Shown: positions 46,737-56,236 of the stretch, in pieces
Layout of the letters: each line of letters opens with the position of its first letter
Position numbering within the stretch: position 1 is the stretch's first letter
DNA from: an uncultured Erysipelotrichaceae bacterium
Lineage (GTDB): Bacteria; Bacillota_I; Bacilli_A; Erysipelotrichales; Erysipelotrichaceae
Direction of reading: 5' to 3'
NCBI GenBank assembly: GCA_964370065.1
Contig: CAYJGK010000003.1
Coordinates: 12,381 to 76,380, forward strand
Length of the DNA stretch: 64,000 nucleotides
Notes under the pieces: generated by a model
Databases searched by the model: none
The model's input: the letters and a program-made list of their open reading frames with translations, nothing else
What the model was told of the DNA's origin: nothing
Program-made: the position numbers and the translations under genes

Positions 46737-46751
46737 ATGTAAACGATTGCA
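46737..46751. promoter_or_regulatory. cre (CcpA) site in the ppdK leader
   Basis: ATGTAAACGATTGCA matches WTGNAANCGNWNNCW at all constrained positions. It lies between a TATAAT hexamer (46725-46730) and the RBS. Confidence 0.55.
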
Positions 46752-46767
46752 CATAAAGGAGGAATAT

Positions 46768-49401
46768 ATGGCTAATAAATTTGTTTATAACTTCCATGAA
46801 GGAAATGGAACAATGAAAGAATTGTTAGGGGGAAAAGGGGCAAACCTTGCAGAGATGATTAATCTAGGCATGCCAGTACCTTTCGGTTTTACGATTACAA
46901 CTGCAGCATGTAATGATTATTATGATAGCGGCAGAAAGATTAGTGCAAGTATTCAAGCAGAGATTGATTCTCATATTAAGCGTTTAGAAGAAGAAAGTGG
47001 TAAGGAATTAGGGAATCCCAATAATCCACTTTTAGTATCCGTGCGTAGTGGCGCAAGAGCGAGTATGCCTGGAATGATGGATACTATTTTAAATTTAGGT
47101 TTAAATGATGAAGTTGTAGAAGGGTTAGCAACATTAACGAATAATCCAAGATTTGCATATGACTCATACCGTCGTTTCATTCAAATGTTTGCAGATGTGG
47201 TAATGGGCTTATCAAAATCAAAGTTTGAAATTGTCATTGATGATATCAAACGTGAAAAAAATGTTGAGTTAGACACAGATTTAACAACTGAAGATATTAA
47301 GGAGATGGTGAAACGCTTTAAAGCCTTTTATCGTTCTCAATTAAATGTTGAATTCCCAAATGATCCAAAATTGCAATTATACAAAGCAATTGAAGCCGTG
47401 TTTAAATCATGGTATACAGAACGTGCAGTATACTATCGTCAAATGAATGATATTCCATCAAATTGGGGAACTGCAGTAAATGTACAAATGATGGTGTTTG
47501 GAAATATGGGGGAAACAAGTGGTACAGGAGTTGCCTTTACCCGTAATCCATCGACTGGAGAAAATAAGCTGTTTGGAGAATTCTTAATGAATGCACAAGG
47601 TGAAGATGTTGTAGCTGGGACAAGAACTCCTCAAACAATTGATCACTTAGAAGATATTATGCCAAATATTTATAATGAATTTGTGGATATTACAAAGCGT
47701 TTAGAGGCACATTATCATGATATGCAAGATATGGAATTTACTATCGAAAATGAAAAATTATTCATGTTGCAAACAAGAAATGGAAAAAGAACAGCAAAAG
47801 CAGCTCTAAAAATTGCTTGTGATTTAGTAGATGAGCAATTACTAACGAAGGAAGAAGCTATATTGATGGTTGATCCTAAGCAATTAGATGCCTTGTTGCA
47901 CCCTACATTTGATCCTGTCCATTTACAAGAAGCGCAAATTATCGCAAATGGATTACCTGCCTCACCAGGGGCTGCTACAGGACAAGTCGTTTTCCATGCA
48001 GACGATGCGGTTGCTTATGCAAGTAAAGGACATAGAGTTATCTTAGTTCGATTAGAAACGAGCCCTGAAGATATTAAAGGAATGGCAAGTTCAAAAGGAA
48101 TCTTAACAGTGCGAGGTGGTATGACTAGTCATGCAGCAGTCGTGGCAAGAGGAATGGGAATTTGTTGTGTATCAGGGTGTGGAGAAATCGCTATTGATAT
48201 AGAAAATAAACTATTTAAAATAAACGATCGTATATTTAAAGAATACGATTATATTTCAATTGATGGTTCAACTGGAAATATTTATGGAGAAGAACTAAAA
48301 ACTATTCCTGCCTCTATTTCAGGAGATTTTGAAAAATTTATGACTTGGGCAGATGATTATCGTACTTTAAATGTAAGAACAAATGCGGATACACCAAAAG
48401 ATGCAAAACAAGCAATTTCATTTGGAGCTGAAGGTATTGGATTAATTCGTACGGAACATATGTTCTTTGAAGGCGATCGTATCAAGGCGATTCGTGAAAT
48501 GATTGTTGCGAAAACAAGTGAGCAAAGAGAGCGTGCTTTAGCTAAAGTGTTACCTATGCAACGTCAAGATTTTGAAGATATTTATGTAGCTATGGAAGGA
48601 AGGCCAGTAACGGTACGTTATTTAGATCCCCCATTACATGAATTCTTACCTACTTCATCATACGATATTACTACATTAGCAAATGATATGTATATGGAAA
48701 TTGATGAATTAAAAATGATTATTCAAAGCTTACATGAATTTAACCCAATGATGGGACACCGTGGTTGTCGTCTATCTATTTCTTACCCGGAAATTGCGAA
48801 AATGCAAACGCGTGCAGTCATTGAAGCGGCAATCAATGTAAATGAACAATATCCTTCTTTTAATGTGATTCCAGAGATCATGATTCCATTAGTAGGAGAT
48901 GTGAACGAATTAGCATTTGTGAAACGTGTCGTACAAGAAGTAGCTGAAGAAATTATTGCACAACGTGGTGTAAATTTAACATATACGGTAGGAACAATGA
49001 TTGAAATACCTAGAGCAGCTTTATTAGCTAACGAAATTGCAACAGAAGCAGATTTCTTCTCTTTTGGAACAAATGACTTAACACAGATGACGTTCGGTTT
49101 TTCAAGAGATGATGCAGGTTCATTCTTAAATGATTACTATGATAAAAAAGTATACGAACAAGACCCATTTGCTCGTTTAGACCAAAATGGTGTTGGAAAA
49201 TTAGTAGAATTAGCTTCTCGTTTAGGTAGGGAAACAAAACCAAACTTAAAATTAGGTATTTGTGGAGAACATGGAGGAGATCCTGCAAGTATTGAATTCT
49301 GTCATAAATGCGGATTAAATTATGTATCTTGTTCACCATATCGTGTGCCAATTGCAAGATTAGCAGCAGCTCAAGCAGCTTTACGCTTTCCAAAAGGATA
49401 A
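46768..49401 (+). CDS. ppdK: pyruvate, phosphate dikinase
   Basis: Start at the ATG at 46768 (AAAGGAGG RBS). LLGGKGANLAEM, phospho-His loop GGMTSHAAVVARG, PEP-utilizer TIM-barrel C-terminus. Confidence 0.95.
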   Translation: MANKFVYNFHEGNGTMKELLGGKGANLAEMINLGMPVPFGFTITTAACNDYYDSGRKISASIQAEIDSHIKRLEEESGKELGNPNNPLLVSVRSGARASMPGMMDTILNLGLNDEVVEGLATLTNNPRFAYDSYRRFIQMFADVVMGLSKSKFEIVIDDIKREKNVELDTDLTTEDIKEMVKRFKAFYRSQLNVEFPNDPKLQLYKAIEAVFKSWYTERAVYYRQMNDIPSNWGTAVNVQMMVFGNMGETSGTGVAFTRNPSTGENKLFGEFLMNAQGEDVVAGTRTPQTIDHLEDIMPNIYNEFVDITKRLEAHYHDMQDMEFTIENEKLFMLQTRNGKRTAKAALKIACDLVDEQLLTKEEAILMVDPKQLDALLHPTFDPVHLQEAQIIANGLPASPGAATGQVVFHADDAVAYASKGHRVILVRLETSPEDIKGMASSKGILTVRGGMTSHAAVVARGMGICCVSGCGEIAIDIENKLFKINDRIFKEYDYISIDGSTGNIYGEELKTIPASISGDFEKFMTWADDYRTLNVRTNADTPKDAKQAISFGAEGIGLIRTEHMFFEGDRIKAIREMIVAKTSEQRERALAKVLPMQRQDFEDIYVAMEGRPVTVRYLDPPLHEFLPTSSYDITTLANDMYMEIDELKMIIQSLHEFNPMMGHRGCRLSISYPEIAKMQTRAVIEAAINVNEQYPSFNVIPEIMIPLVGDVNELAFVKRVVQEVAEEIIAQRGVNLTYTVGTMIEIPRAALLANEIATEADFFSFGTNDLTQMTFGFSRDDAGSFLNDYYDKKVYEQDPFARLDQNGVGKLVELASRLGRETKPNLKLGICGEHGGDPASIEFCHKCGLNYVSCSPYRVPIARLAAAQAALRFPKG

Positions 49402-49406
49402 ATTTG

Positions 49407-49439
49407 ATACACAAGGTGTTTATTACCTTGTGTATTTTT
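49407..49439 (+). terminator. intrinsic terminator after ppdK
   Basis: atacacaagg / ccttgtgtat hairpin plus T-run. Confidence 0.8.
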
Positions 49440-49481
49440 ATACAGATTGTGTGGTATACTTAATATATAAAGAGGTGTAAT

Positions 49482-50213
49482 ATGAAATTTGAAGAAAGAG
49501 TACTACAAAAAGAATTTCAGTTAAACGATACTGATGATTTAATTATTGAATATATTCGTAACCATCGTGAACATATTTCAGAAATTACTATTCAAATGAT
49601 TGCTAAAGAATTATTTATTGTACCAAATGCGATTATGCGCTTAGCACATAAATTAAATTATCAAGGATTTTCCGAGTTAAAAACGCTATTAAAACAAGAA
49701 CAAGAAAAATTACAAGAAACACCAAGATTACTTTCCAACAGCATCATTAAGACGTTAGATATTATGGATTACAAAAAAATTGAATTAGTGGTAGCAAAGT
49801 GTTGCCATGCCAAAGAAGTTCACTTCATTGGTGTGGGAGAGTCAGGGGCGCACTGTAAAATGATGGTTGATAATTTTAAAAGCATCAAAAAACATGCAAC
49901 AACTTATGACACGTATCGAGAAATTGAATACCGTATGAATGAATGCAGTGAAAAAGATGTGGTATTCGTGGTCAGTGCAAGTGGAGCAAATGAACGAATG
50001 AACGATTTGGTACAAGTAGCGAAAGACAAAGGTGCATTTATTATATCCCTTACACATTTTAGTAAAAACCCAACTAGTCAAATTGCCAATATTCCATTAT
50101 TTTATTGGGGTGAAAAATATGTACAAAATGGATATGATGTCGGAGATCGTACCGGGATGATGATTCTGTTAAGGGAAATAAGTGAAGTGTTTTGGAGAAA
50201 CTATAGTGTATAA
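49482..50213 (+). CDS. RpiR/MurR family transcriptional regulator (HTH_6 + SIS)
   Basis: 243 aa. N-terminal HTH (ITIQMIAKELFIVPNAIMRLAHKLNYQGFSELK) and SIS domain (FIGVGESG...VVFVVSASG). Confidence 0.85.
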   Translation: MKFEERVLQKEFQLNDTDDLIIEYIRNHREHISEITIQMIAKELFIVPNAIMRLAHKLNYQGFSELKTLLKQEQEKLQETPRLLSNSIIKTLDIMDYKKIELVVAKCCHAKEVHFIGVGESGAHCKMMVDNFKSIKKHATTYDTYREIEYRMNECSEKDVVFVVSASGANERMNDLVQVAKDKGAFIISLTHFSKNPTSQIANIPLFYWGEKYVQNGYDVGDRTGMMILLREISEVFWRNYSV

Positions 50214-50321
50214 ATACACATAGTTTCCTTTTTTTTATCTAATCTGTGTATTTTAATTCTAAAAACGCAGATGTAAACGCTTAACGATGCTATTATGGCA
50301 TCAGTTAAAAGGAGAGATATT

Positions 50322-52253
50322 ATGAAATTAACAAAATTAACAAATCCAGAATTAATTACATTAAATGCGTCGTTAGACAACAAAGATGCAATAATAAGAC
50401 ATTTAATCAAACAATTGTTTGATGCAGGAAAAATTACTTCTGAGCAAGAATTTTACAACGCAGTAATCGATCGAGAAGGGGTTTCTGCAACAGGAATTGA
50501 TGCCGGTTTAGCGATTCCACATGGAAAAAGCGATGTTGTAAAAGAAGCGAGTTTCGCTGTGATGACACTGAATAACCCAGTAAAAGATTGGGAAAGTGTA
50601 GTCGAGACAAACGAGGTTAAATACGTATTCTTATTAGCGATTCCTAAAGTAGATGAAGCAGGGGAGCAAATGAAGTTATTATCGACACTAATGCAAAAAA
50701 TGTCTGATCCTAGTTATACTTCAGTATTATATGCTTCTAAAACAACAGAAGAGTTTTATAAAAATCTTGACCAATCTGATGTTAAGGAGACAACAAATAC
50801 ACAAGCTTTTGATAAAAGCATTGTCGCTATAACAGCATGTGCAGCGGGGATTGCACATACATATATGGCAGCAGAAGCGTTGCAAAAAGCAGGTAGAGAG
50901 TTAGGGGTCAACGTATTTGTTGAAAAACAAGGGGCAAATGGAATTGAAGATCGCCATACAAATGAAAAATTAAGAAACGCAACTGCAGCTGTATTTGCTG
51001 TGGATGTAGCAGTAAAAGAAGAAGCACGGTTTGCTCATCTTCCACAAATTAAAACAAGAGTAGCTGCACCATTAAAAGACGCTAAGAAGATTATTCAAGA
51101 TGCATTAGATAAAGCTGAAAAATTTGAAGGAAAAGAATTTATAGAAGTTAGTGATGATGGAAAGAAAACGGTTGCTCAAGAAATTAAAGAATCTGTACTA
51201 ACGGGTATTTCACATATTGTTCCAATTATCGTTGCAGCGGGAATGATGGGAGCATTCATCGTTATTTACCGTAATTTTATTGGATTAGTAGATGGTGCAT
51301 TATGGGGAGAATTTAAACTTGAAAATCCTCAAAACTGGTTAGTATTATTAGATACCTTTAGAGGGTTATTATTCAACTTAATGGTTCCTATTTTATCAGC
51401 ATATATGGCTTACTCGATTTCTGAGAAACCAGCATTAGCAGCAGGGTTTGCTGCAGGGCTATGTGCGAACATGGTAAATGGTGGATTCTTAGTTGGTATG
51501 ATTGGTGGTTTATTAGCTGGGTATGTAGTTCGGTTATTAAAAAAATATATTCCTTCAAAAGGAACATTTGCAGGATTTGTTAGTTTCGTAGTTTATCCAG
51601 TATTCAGTGTTGCGATTACTGCATGTATATTATTATTTATCGTTGGAGAGCCAGTAGCTTGGTTAAATGAAACAATGTTTGGGTTCTTAGCTGAATTACA
51701 AGGGACTAACGCAGCTTTATTAGGAGCAGCAATTGGAATTATGGTTTCATTTGATTTAGGTGGACCAGTAAATAAAGCAGCATACACATTCTGTGTAACA
51801 GCATTAGCACAAAATGTATTAATGCCATATGCAGTATTTGCTTCAGTGAAAATGGTAAGTGCATTTGCCGTAACTTTTGCAACAAAAGCACGTAAAGATT
51901 TATTTACAATTGAAGAAAGAGAAGTTGGTAATTCAACTTGGATGTTGGGACTAGCAGGAATTACGGAAGGGGCCATTCCATTTATGATGGCTGACCCACT
52001 ACGTGTCATGTTCTCATTGTGTACAGGTTCAGCAGTAGCTGGAGCATTAGTAGCAATGTTTAACATCGGTTTAGATGTAACAGGTGCTGGAATCTTCTCT
52101 ATGTTTGTATTAACAGCAGAAAATTTACCTGTAGCTATGGGAATTTGGTTCTTTGGAGCTGTATTAGGAGCTATCATCTCAGCTATCTTATTAGTGATAA
52201 CAAGAAAGCAAAAGTTAGATAAAATTGCAAGATTAAAACAAATTAGTGAATAA
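50322..52253 (+). CDS. PTS fructose-family EIIA-EIIB-EIIC fusion (MngA-like)
   Basis: Start at the ATG at 50322 (AAAGGAGAG RBS). EIIA-2 His loop (GLAIPHGK), EIIB Cys loop (ITACAAGIAHTYMAAE), EIIC membrane domain. Same domain order and size class as E. coli MngA. Confidence 0.85.
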   Translation: MKLTKLTNPELITLNASLDNKDAIIRHLIKQLFDAGKITSEQEFYNAVIDREGVSATGIDAGLAIPHGKSDVVKEASFAVMTLNNPVKDWESVVETNEVKYVFLLAIPKVDEAGEQMKLLSTLMQKMSDPSYTSVLYASKTTEEFYKNLDQSDVKETTNTQAFDKSIVAITACAAGIAHTYMAAEALQKAGRELGVNVFVEKQGANGIEDRHTNEKLRNATAAVFAVDVAVKEEARFAHLPQIKTRVAAPLKDAKKIIQDALDKAEKFEGKEFIEVSDDGKKTVAQEIKESVLTGISHIVPIIVAAGMMGAFIVIYRNFIGLVDGALWGEFKLENPQNWLVLLDTFRGLLFNLMVPILSAYMAYSISEKPALAAGFAAGLCANMVNGGFLVGMIGGLLAGYVVRLLKKYIPSKGTFAGFVSFVVYPVFSVAITACILLFIVGEPVAWLNETMFGFLAELQGTNAALLGAAIGIMVSFDLGGPVNKAAYTFCVTALAQNVLMPYAVFASVKMVSAFAVTFATKARKDLFTIEEREVGNSTWMLGLAGITEGAIPFMMADPLRVMFSLCTGSAVAGALVAMFNIGLDVTGAGIFSMFVLTAENLPVAMGIWFFGAVLGAIISAILLVITRKQKLDKIARLKQISE

Positions 52254-52291
52254 CAAATAAATATAAAGAAATTTAGAAAGGATAGTTTATT

Positions 52292-54859
52292 ATGTCAAAT
52301 CAAGTACACATCGTCCCACATATGCATTGGGATAGAGAATGGTATTTCACAGCTGAAGAATCAAAAATATTATTAATCAATAACATGGAGGAAATCTTTG
52401 AACGCTTAGAAAATGATCCAGAATATCCAGTATATGTGTTAGATGGTCAAACGGCAATCTTAGAAGATTATTTACAGTTAATGCCACATAAGCATTCGCA
52501 GTTAAGAAAATTAGTACAGGAGGGCAGATTAATTATTGGTCCTTGGTACACACAAACTGATGAAATGGTTGTAGGAGCAGAATCAATTGTTCGTAATTTA
52601 TTATATGGACATAAAGATTGTGCAGCATTTGGGCCAGTGATGGATATTGGATATTTGCCAGATTCTTTTGGACAATCTGGCCAGTTACCAATGATTTTAA
52701 ATGGATTTAATATAAAACGTGCTATGTTTTGGCGTGGAACAAGTGAAAGAATGGGGTCTAATAAAACGGAGTTTTATTGGACAAGTGATGATGGAAGTAA
52801 GGTATTAACACAATTATTACCATTAGGGTATGCAATTGGAAAATATTTACCAACTGATTTTGAAGGATTAAAAGAACGTTGTTCAAAATACATGCCCGTA
52901 CTAGAAAGAGGAGCAACAGGAGATCATATTTTAATTCCAAATGGACATGATCAAATGCCAATCCAAAAAAATATTAGAGAAGTGATGGCACAACTTAAAA
53001 ATATTTATCCTGATAAAAATTTCTTCTTGAGTAGTTATGACGCATTATTTAAAGAATTAGAAAAGAAAACTGATTATGATACATTACATGGAGAGTTATT
53101 AGATGGTAAATACATGCGTGTTCACCGTTCAATTTTCTCTTCAAGAAGTGATATTAAAGCAATCAATACACGTATTGAAAATAAAATCACTAATATTTTA
53201 GAGCCATTAGCTAGTATTGCTTTTACTTTAGGGTTTGATTACTTTGCTGGTTCAATTGAGTCAATTTATAAAGATATTATGAAGAACCATGCACATGATT
53301 CTATTGGATGTTGTTGTAGTGATGAAGTACATGATGAAATAATGTATCGTTTTATTCTAGCAGAAGACAAGTTAGACAAGTTAATTACTTTCTATAAAAG
53401 AAAGATAACTGATGCAATGCCTTGTGATATTGCATTGGATAAAGTAAATGTATTTAACTTATTGCCATACAATCGTAATGAAGTCATTACGACAAAAATT
53501 ACAACACGTATGAAAGCATTTGAATTAGTAGATGAAGAACAAAAACTAGTTGAATTTGATATTGTTTCATCACAAATCATTGATGCTGGATTAATTGATC
53601 GTCAAATTGTTCACTATGGAAACTATGATCCATTCGTTGAATACACAATTCAATTGAAACAAGTTATTCCTGCAATGGGATATAAAACATTCTTTGTTGT
53701 GGAAAAAGCAGTGGAAATGAACAGTGCGACTAAAACCGCTACAACAATGGAAAATCGCTTTTATCATATTGAATTTAATCAAAATGGTTCCATCCAATTA
53801 TTTGATAAAATAAACAATAAAATGTATGAAGAAGTATTATTAATTGAAGATGGTAGCGATGATGGAGACGGATATGATTTCTCACCATTATTGGATGATT
53901 TAGTTATTACATCAAAAGATGCAAAAGCAAAAGTAGAAGTAAAACGCCATGCATATAGTTCTCATGCAACGATTGCGTTCACAATGCAAGTGCCAGCTGA
54001 TTTAGAGCAAAGAAAATTAAAAAATTGTGATAAAATTTTACCTATTAAATTGGATATTAAATTAAATGATGATTCACAATTTATTGATATAGGCGTAACC
54101 ATCAATAATACAGTTAAAGATCATAGAGTTCGCTTATTAGTACCAACAATGGTAGCTGCTAAATGTTCAGTAAGTGATAACCAATTTGGGATGATTACTC
54201 GAGATGTTTATGATGGTGCAATGGATGTATGGGAAGAAGAAAAATGGAGTGAACGACCAGATGCAATTTATCCAATGTTATCCTATGTAGCTAACAAAGA
54301 TGATGCAATTGCTGTGATAAGTAATAGTGTTCGTGAATTTGAATTAATTGGTGACGATTACTCAGTAATAGCCATTACCTTATTTAGAGGGGTTGGATTT
54401 TTAGGTAAAGAAGAAATGGTGCGTAGACCAGGACGCCCTTCAGGAATTAAAATGCCAACACCAGATTCTCAATTACAAAAAGAAATGACGTATTCTTTAG
54501 GGTTAGTAGTAGAAGCTGATCAAGCAAAATTATCTAGAAAAGCTAAACAATTCTTAACACCTTTAGTGTCTTATAATAAAATGCCTTACAATGCGATGAA
54601 ATTGAATGAAGTAAAATTTAATACTCCTTACTCATACACATTATTCAATGAGGCCAATGACGATATCACATTAAGTGTATTAAAGAAAGCTGAAAACAGT
54701 GATGATTTAATATACCGTGTATTTAACACAAACGAAACACCAAAAACAGTTACTTTAGATGGTATTACGATTAAAAGTAGTGCAAACTTAAACGAGGAAA
54801 TGATGGAACTTGATATAAAAGTAAATAAAAATCAAGTGAAAACATATATTTTGAAATAA
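52292..54859 (+). CDS. GH38 alpha-mannosidase (MngB-like)
   Basis: 855 aa. N-terminal HIVPHMHWDREWYF metal-site motif, central and C-terminal GH38 domains. No signal peptide, so cytoplasmic. Confidence 0.9.
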   Translation: MSNQVHIVPHMHWDREWYFTAEESKILLINNMEEIFERLENDPEYPVYVLDGQTAILEDYLQLMPHKHSQLRKLVQEGRLIIGPWYTQTDEMVVGAESIVRNLLYGHKDCAAFGPVMDIGYLPDSFGQSGQLPMILNGFNIKRAMFWRGTSERMGSNKTEFYWTSDDGSKVLTQLLPLGYAIGKYLPTDFEGLKERCSKYMPVLERGATGDHILIPNGHDQMPIQKNIREVMAQLKNIYPDKNFFLSSYDALFKELEKKTDYDTLHGELLDGKYMRVHRSIFSSRSDIKAINTRIENKITNILEPLASIAFTLGFDYFAGSIESIYKDIMKNHAHDSIGCCCSDEVHDEIMYRFILAEDKLDKLITFYKRKITDAMPCDIALDKVNVFNLLPYNRNEVITTKITTRMKAFELVDEEQKLVEFDIVSSQIIDAGLIDRQIVHYGNYDPFVEYTIQLKQVIPAMGYKTFFVVEKAVEMNSATKTATTMENRFYHIEFNQNGSIQLFDKINNKMYEEVLLIEDGSDDGDGYDFSPLLDDLVITSKDAKAKVEVKRHAYSSHATIAFTMQVPADLEQRKLKNCDKILPIKLDIKLNDDSQFIDIGVTINNTVKDHRVRLLVPTMVAAKCSVSDNQFGMITRDVYDGAMDVWEEEKWSERPDAIYPMLSYVANKDDAIAVISNSVREFELIGDDYSVIAITLFRGVGFLGKEEMVRRPGRPSGIKMPTPDSQLQKEMTYSLGLVVEADQAKLSRKAKQFLTPLVSYNKMPYNAMKLNEVKFNTPYSYTLFNEANDDITLSVLKKAENSDDLIYRVFNTNETPKTVTLDGITIKSSANLNEEMMELDIKVNKNQVKTYILK

Positions 54860-56007
54860 TGAAAATATTAGTTGCAATAGATTCATTTAAAGAAAGTTTT
54901 GGTGCAAAAGATGGGTGTGATTACATTGAAGAAGGGCTACTAAAAGCCCTTCCTCAATGTGAAATAAAAAAAATTCCTATGGCAGATGGTGGAGAAGGAA
55001 CATGTGAAGTATTAGCCGCAGCATTTCAAGCTAGTCAAGTTGAAATGAAAGCAAACAATGCTTTAAAAGAGGAAGTGAACACGCACTATTATCGTAGTGC
55101 AAATGGACAGGTTGCATTAATTGAATCAGCAATGATTTGTGGATTAGAAATGATTCCCACTCAAATGCGTAATCCTTTACATTCAACAAGTTATGGCTTA
55201 GGGCAATTAATCAAACATGCTGCGCAAAGTCATGTAAAAAAAATAATAATTGGTTTAGGTGGGACAGCAACTAATGATGGTGGTGTAGGAATGCTTCATG
55301 CCTTAGGGGCAAAACTGTATAAAAACGATCAATTATTAGAAACGGTGAGTGTACTAGATCTAGAGGAAATCACAAAAATAGATATTGAAGAAATCAAACT
55401 ATTATTAAATGATATAGAATTAATCATAGCGAGTGATGTAGAAAATCCTTACATCGGAGAAATGGGAGCAACGCTTGTTTTTGGTAAGCAAAAAGGAGCA
55501 AGTGATGCGGATCTAGAGGTATTAGAAACGCAATTAGTAGCTTTTCATAAATTGATTAAAGAAACATACAATATTCAATTAAACACTATTCAAGGTAGTG
55601 GAGCGGCTGGTGGATTAGGTGGTGCAATATTATTAATTGGTGGTGCCATGCAAAAAGGAATAGACTTAGTTATTTCTGAAACGAATTTAGAACAAGCCAT
55701 TCAAGAAGCAAACTTAGTTATAAGTGGGGAAGGTAGTATTGATTCGCAAAGTGCAAATGGAAAAACAATCTCTGGTATTGCTAGAATGTGTAAAAAACAC
55801 AATAAGCCTTTTATCTGTATAGGAGGTCGTGTAAAAGAAGATATTGATGCGCTATATGATATCGGTGTGGATGCCTGTTTCTCGATTACAAACGAATCGA
55901 AAACATTAGCACAAGCATTAATTGATGGGCCAAGATGTGTGAAAGAAGTAGCGTATAATGTGGGACGATTTATAGATGTAATGCTAAATAAATACCGTAT
56001 AAAATAA
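54859..56007 (+). CDS. glycerate kinase
   Basis: 382 aa. KILVAIDSFKES N-terminus, MADGGEGT, GGTATNDGGVGM, GEGSIDSQSANGK motifs. Confidence 0.9.
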   Translation: MKILVAIDSFKESFGAKDGCDYIEEGLLKALPQCEIKKIPMADGGEGTCEVLAAAFQASQVEMKANNALKEEVNTHYYRSANGQVALIESAMICGLEMIPTQMRNPLHSTSYGLGQLIKHAAQSHVKKIIIGLGGTATNDGGVGMLHALGAKLYKNDQLLETVSVLDLEEITKIDIEEIKLLLNDIELIIASDVENPYIGEMGATLVFGKQKGASDADLEVLETQLVAFHKLIKETYNIQLNTIQGSGAAGGLGGAILLIGGAMQKGIDLVISETNLEQAIQEANLVISGEGSIDSQSANGKTISGIARMCKKHNKPFICIGGRVKEDIDALYDIGVDACFSITNESKTLAQALIDGPRCVKEVAYNVGRFIDVMLNKYRIK

Positions 56008-56052
56008 TGTATAAAAGATAGGTGACTAGCTATCTTTTATTTATGAATTCGG

Positions 56053-56222
56053 TTGACACATTACTATTTACATGATATTCTTTCTAAGTAATTCCTATGA
56101 GGGAGTAATTAGCAGTATATGTACTGTGGTAATATCAACATCATGGTGGAAACATCTGGTATTATCTTAAACAATGAGACTCATAGACAACGAATGTGCG
56201 TTGTCTATGAGTCTTTTTTTGA
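56053..56222 (+). promoter_or_regulatory. promoter + about 90-nt structured leader + strong terminator (candidate riboswitch, class unassigned)
   Basis: TTGACA (56053-56058), 17 nt, TATTCT (56076-56081) with TG extension. Leader hairpins at 56108-56132 and GGTG-GAAA-CATC (56145-56156). Perfect 15-bp terminator stem 56178-56192 / 56199-56213 plus T7. ctatgag (56095-56101) can pair with ctcatag (56180-56186) in the terminator 5' arm. Confidence 0.6.
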
Positions 56223-56236
56223 AAAGGAGAAAAATT

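Noticed and set aside
50212-50253. Hairpin aaatacaca...tgtgtattt after the RpiR gene as a terminator separating it from the PTS operon.
   Set aside because: The loop is about 24 nt and contains the only T-run, so it is a poor intrinsic terminator. The operon structure here is left open.
51593-52177. 194-aa minus-strand ORF. Similar long antisense ORFs occur at 41118-41525, 49028-49414, 46123-46482, 61874-62254, 13141-13491, 7534-7854, 59662-60012 and 24206-24514.
   Set aside because: All lie entirely inside well-supported genes on the opposite strand (PTS EIIC, typA, ppdK, valS, rnj, lacI-family, antiporter, pheT, ECF S/T). They have low-complexity or odd composition and no start context, so they are treated as shadow ORFs.
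56095-56175. Assigning the CaCA leader to the yybP-ykoY Mn2+ riboswitch family.
   Set aside because: Only the GGGAGTA element after the 5' closing strand resembles the family. I could not find the conserved second loop (UUGACAUA-like) or the four-helix arrangement. It is reported as an unassigned candidate instead.
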